A stretch of DNA of 64,000 bases, taken from assembly GCA_963664115.2 (NCBI GenBank), contig CAXWPJ010000004.1:32001-96000 (forward strand). The letters run 5' to 3'. Shown here one piece after another: positions 60,521-64,000 of the stretch. Each line of letters opens with the position of its first letter. The first letter of the stretch is position 1. Below the pieces are notes generated by a model that ran no database searches, was not told the DNA's origin, and worked only from the letters and a program-made list of their open reading frames with translations. The DNA is from Terriglobia bacterium (GTDB lineage: Bacteria > Acidobacteriota > Terriglobia > 20CM-2-55-15). Position numbers and translations under genes: made by a program.

Positions 60521-61703
60521 GTGTTGATCGCAAGCGCTGGGCAAACCCTGCCCACAACCATCATCGGCTCACTGCCGCGCCCGAGCTGGCAAACTGAAGA
60601 TCTGGGAACCCGGTCGTTTCTGGACGCCATGGTGAATTCCAAGTTCCGGGAACAATACGTCGATGCGCTCTCTGTTCACTTGCGGGATCAGGAAATCGCT
60701 GGGCTGGACATCTGTACAGACGGGGACTGCCGCTTCGATCAGGACGTCGGCGGTCAGAGTTGGACGAGCTATCCGCCGCACCATATGTCGGGCTTCGAAG
60801 CGACGCATCCGGAATTGGCGAGGGCCGATGCGGGAGGCATCGCCTTTCCCCGCGGACACATACTCCATGACTATCTGGAAGCGCGCGTCATGCCGAAAAT
60901 CGTCGGGCCCGTGAAACGCGGCGAGATGCAGTACACCGAAATATGGAAAGCGGCGCAGCGTCTGACCACGAAGCCGGTTAAGTTCGGGACGGTTACGCCC
61001 GAACTGGTCGCGTTTGCGGTTCAGGATGAGCACTACAAGGACCTGCCGTCACGCATTATGGCGCTCAGCGATGCTTTCAACGAGGAATTGCATGATCTCG
61101 CCGACGCAGGTTGTCCGGTCATTCAGATGGAGGAGCCCCAGATCCACCTGTTGGCAGCCCGCGGCATCATCGACGATGTCATCAATCCCGAATTCATGCT
61201 CAAAGTGTTTAACAACACCGTGAAGGGATTGCGGGATAAGACGGAGGTATGGTGTCACACCTGTTGGGGAAACCCATCCCAACAGCGCATGTTCCCTACG
61301 GTGCAGTCCTACAAACCCGCCCTTGAGATATTGAATCAGGTGGATGCCGACGTAATCACGTTCGAAACGAAAAGTTCCGGTGCGATCGACCTCGAGGCCA
61401 TCGGCAAAGATTTCACTGGAATGTAAGGTGGGTATCGGCGTCATCGATCATCACACGCTCCAGATCGAATCGCCCGACGAAGTGGCTGATCTCATTCGCC
61501 TCGCACTCCAACACGTCCCCGCAGAACGTCTCGTTATCTGCTCCGACTGCGGTATGGGCCGTGAAGGCATGAGCCGCCGGCACGCGTCCTACAAGATGGT
61601 GTCGCTCGTGTTGGGGACCAACATCGTTCGCAAAGAGCTCGGCCTTCCAGAAGCAGAGTGCCTCGCCGCCGACCCACGGTACTCGCTGATCCGAAATTCC
61701 TAG
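60521..61703 (+). pseudogene. Single-barrel MetE-like protein with a +1 frameshift near 61424 (pseudogene or sequencing error)
   Basis: LPTTIIGSLPRP, HTCWGN; ...TGM then an extra T, next frame KVGIGVIDHH...SDCGMG. Confidence 0.8.
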
Positions 61704-62189
61704 GGAAAACAGATTTTTCCTGTAGGTGCGGTCTATGTTCGTAGAAGAGCTCTCGAACTCATCCAGCTCAGGCTCTCGATAGCGTATTCCGTTGTTCTCC
61801 ACTGGGATCATTTCGGACCACCTTGTTCCCAGGCCGGCAAACGCCGAGCCGGCGCTTGCGGGGAACAACAATCGAAAAGGTTGATGTGGGGAGGACTGCG
61901 CCACAAGTGAACATAGCCCGGTATGAAGCAATTCACGCGTCATCGACGTTGCGGGACTAAACCGTCTGGATGTAGGAAATTAGTCGCAGAGGGAAAGTGG
62001 ATTGAGGGCAAAACGGGCTGGCCGAATGACGAAAAGCTCCCCCAAAGCGATCAAGCCCGAGACAAACTGTCGAGTCCTAACTTCAGAGTGAAAAACCAAT
62101 TTCGGTGTGTACGTCCGCTCGCCTCCCCTTGACTCCCACAACATCGCTTCGTAACATCTGGCCAGTTTTCAAACAACGGAGGCCGTAAC

Positions 62190-63662
62190 ATGACTGATTC
62201 GAGACGCCCCGCAAGCGTCCGCATGCTGACGATGTTTTTCGCTGGGGCGCTTCTGTGTTCCCTTTGGTCGTGTTCAACCGAAGATCCCGCCTCCGGAGAC
62301 ACGACTGTCCCCGAAGGGGAGGCGGAGGCCAGGAATATAAGGCTCGTTGGCTACAACGACCTTCAGGGACGCGAGTCTCTCGTAGTCGTTACCAAGTCGG
62401 ACGAAGCCAACGGGAACTGGGTTTATGTCGGCCATCACGAAAGCTATTACGACGGCGAGCAACGCTTCAATCCGATCACTGAGCAGATGGAGTGGAACGG
62501 CACGTCGATCCTCGAGATCTCTGATCCCGCGAACCCACAGTTGGTGTGGCACATCCCGAACGATGTCAACGCGAACTCTCGCGGAGTGTCTGTGGTCTAC
62601 GACTATGATTTCGACGGCTCCGGCCGGGACTACCTGATTCGAAACTCCGAGGCGGGAACCGATCTGAAATTTCAGATCTTCGACATCACATCCCGTGACA
62701 CGGACCCGTCCCAGATCTCTCTTGTCTCAGAAATTACGGGAACTCCGGAGAACTCCTGTGGGCCGGGTTGTGGAGGAAACTTCATCCAGAGGGCGCACAA
62801 AGGATGGTGGTCCCCCGAAACCGGCTACTTCTATTCCGCGGCGGCCGAACCCGGATTCGGTGGGGCCCTCATCCAGATCTGGGATCTCGGCGAACCTCGA
62901 AACCCTGTATTTCTGGGAAGGGCCTGGGTGCCCGGCCAGAAGGATGGTGAGGCAGGCTTTGAAGGTCAGTACGCACACCACCCCATCGTCGATGAAGAGA
63001 ACAACCGGATCTATGCCGGTTTCCGCGAAGCCGGACATACGGCATCTTGGGACATTTCCGATCCCACGAACCCGACACTCGTCTGGATGATCGACACCTC
63101 ACCCCCGGGGCGGGGCCCACACACAGTGTCGCCCATCGTGTACAACGATGTTCCGAACTTCATGGGAGACGCGCTGCCCAGAACCTACGCCCTGGTTGTG
63201 GACGAGGCCGGGGGCGCTGACATCTCACCATGCCCGGGCGGTGTTCGGGCGAAGTCCTACATGTTCGATATTACCCACGAGACGAATCCGTTTCCGGTTT
63301 CGACCTGGCAGGTACCCGTTGACGATTTCTGCAACAAGGGTGGACGCTTCGGACCGCACCAGTCGGCCGAGACCGTGAACGGGAGCATCAATCGCTTCGA
63401 AGACAAAATGGCCTGGATTGCCTACTTCAACGCCGGTGTGCGCGTCCTGGATCTTTCCGATCCTTACAATCTGCGAGAGATCGGCTACTACATTCCGGAA
63501 CCCAACGAAAATACACATCCCATCGTGGAAGACCAACCGATCGTTATTCAGATCGATGACGTCGATCTCGATCACCGCGGCCTGGCCTATGCTTCAGACC
63601 GCACGGGCTCAGGGCTCTTCATTCTGGAATACACGGGGGCAAGCCCGGGGACAAGCGACTGA
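62190..63662 (+). CDS. LVIVD-repeat beta-propeller lipoprotein
   Basis: Lipobox LWSC; repeats ILEISDPANP, WDISDPTNP, VLDLSDPYN; GGRFGPH; GGAGG RBS. Confidence 0.8.
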   Translation: MTDSRRPASVRMLTMFFAGALLCSLWSCSTEDPASGDTTVPEGEAEARNIRLVGYNDLQGRESLVVVTKSDEANGNWVYVGHHESYYDGEQRFNPITEQMEWNGTSILEISDPANPQLVWHIPNDVNANSRGVSVVYDYDFDGSGRDYLIRNSEAGTDLKFQIFDITSRDTDPSQISLVSEITGTPENSCGPGCGGNFIQRAHKGWWSPETGYFYSAAAEPGFGGALIQIWDLGEPRNPVFLGRAWVPGQKDGEAGFEGQYAHHPIVDEENNRIYAGFREAGHTASWDISDPTNPTLVWMIDTSPPGRGPHTVSPIVYNDVPNFMGDALPRTYALVVDEAGGADISPCPGGVRAKSYMFDITHETNPFPVSTWQVPVDDFCNKGGRFGPHQSAETVNGSINRFEDKMAWIAYFNAGVRVLDLSDPYNLREIGYYIPEPNENTHPIVEDQPIVIQIDDVDLDHRGLAYASDRTGSGLFILEYTGASPGTSD

Positions 63663-63722
63663 ATCCGGCGTCAGTCACGAAAAGGAACGTCCGGAGCATG
63701 GAAACTGGGCACGTGACAGAAT

Positions 63723-64000
63723 TTAAGCCGTGAACCGCGGCACGTCTTCGCCATCCAGATAGGCCAGCAACAAATCGGCCGCCCCCTGGGCGAACAGTCC
63801 GTATCTGAAGTCCGTCGTCCAACCCATGTGGGGCGTCAGGACGACGTTCGAAAGGCGGGTCAGTGGGTGACTGGCCGGCAGCGGTTCTTGATCGAAAACA
63901 TCGAGACCGGCACCTGCGATGCGTCCTTCGGCCAGGGCCTCGACCAGCGCGGCTTCTTCCACGATGGGTCCACGTGCGGTATTGATCAGATACGCGGAAG
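63723..64000 (-). CDS. D-2-hydroxyacid dehydrogenase, C-terminal part (5' end outside window)
   Basis: [30 protein letters not shown]. Confidence 0.9.
   Translation of the reverse strand, partial: SAYLINTARGPIVEEAALVEALAEGRIAGAGLDVFDQEPLPASHPLTRLSNVVLTPHMGWTTDFRYGLFAQGAADLLLAYLDGEDVPRFTA

Overview
GC-rich bacterial window, probably Acidobacteriota-like (an inference from the Ser/Thr-kinase remnants, the PilX-like gene and the DUF6152 pair). The backbone is housekeeping and catabolic genes: flagellin 3' end, cold-shock protein, queA, hsp20-clpB, FKBP, HMG-CoA lyase with a CoA-transferase, a Tat-exported PaoABC-like molybdoenzyme, Lrp with an aminotransferase, a PQQ dehydrogenase, an M16 peptidase, three MBL-fold hydrolases, three single-barrel MetE-like enzymes, eboE and an SSS transporter. 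About 12.4 kb (~19%) is insertion sequence: two inverted IS1380 copies, IS256, IS30, an IS1182-like element, and an IS701 interrupted by a 3.1-kb IS1-like cargo element, plus IS1-like and IS200-like remnants. Best leads: (1) the IS1-like element carries a RosmerTA-like pair (HTH-Zn-peptidase plus unknown partner) and a shared ATGCTTA operator; (2) a Cas2/VapD-like gene is preceded by a ~235-nt nested-hairpin region holding an antisense promoter-sRNA-terminator cassette, inside a second IS1-like remnant; (3) an eboE-Gfo/Idh/MocA-MetE-like operon sits divergent from an SSS transporter followed by two unannotated microproteins; (4) a dispersed REPIN-like palindrome family; (5) a kinase gene apparently inverted by IS1182. 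I found no rRNA, tRNA or CRISPR array. Three small frameshifts may be assembly errors.
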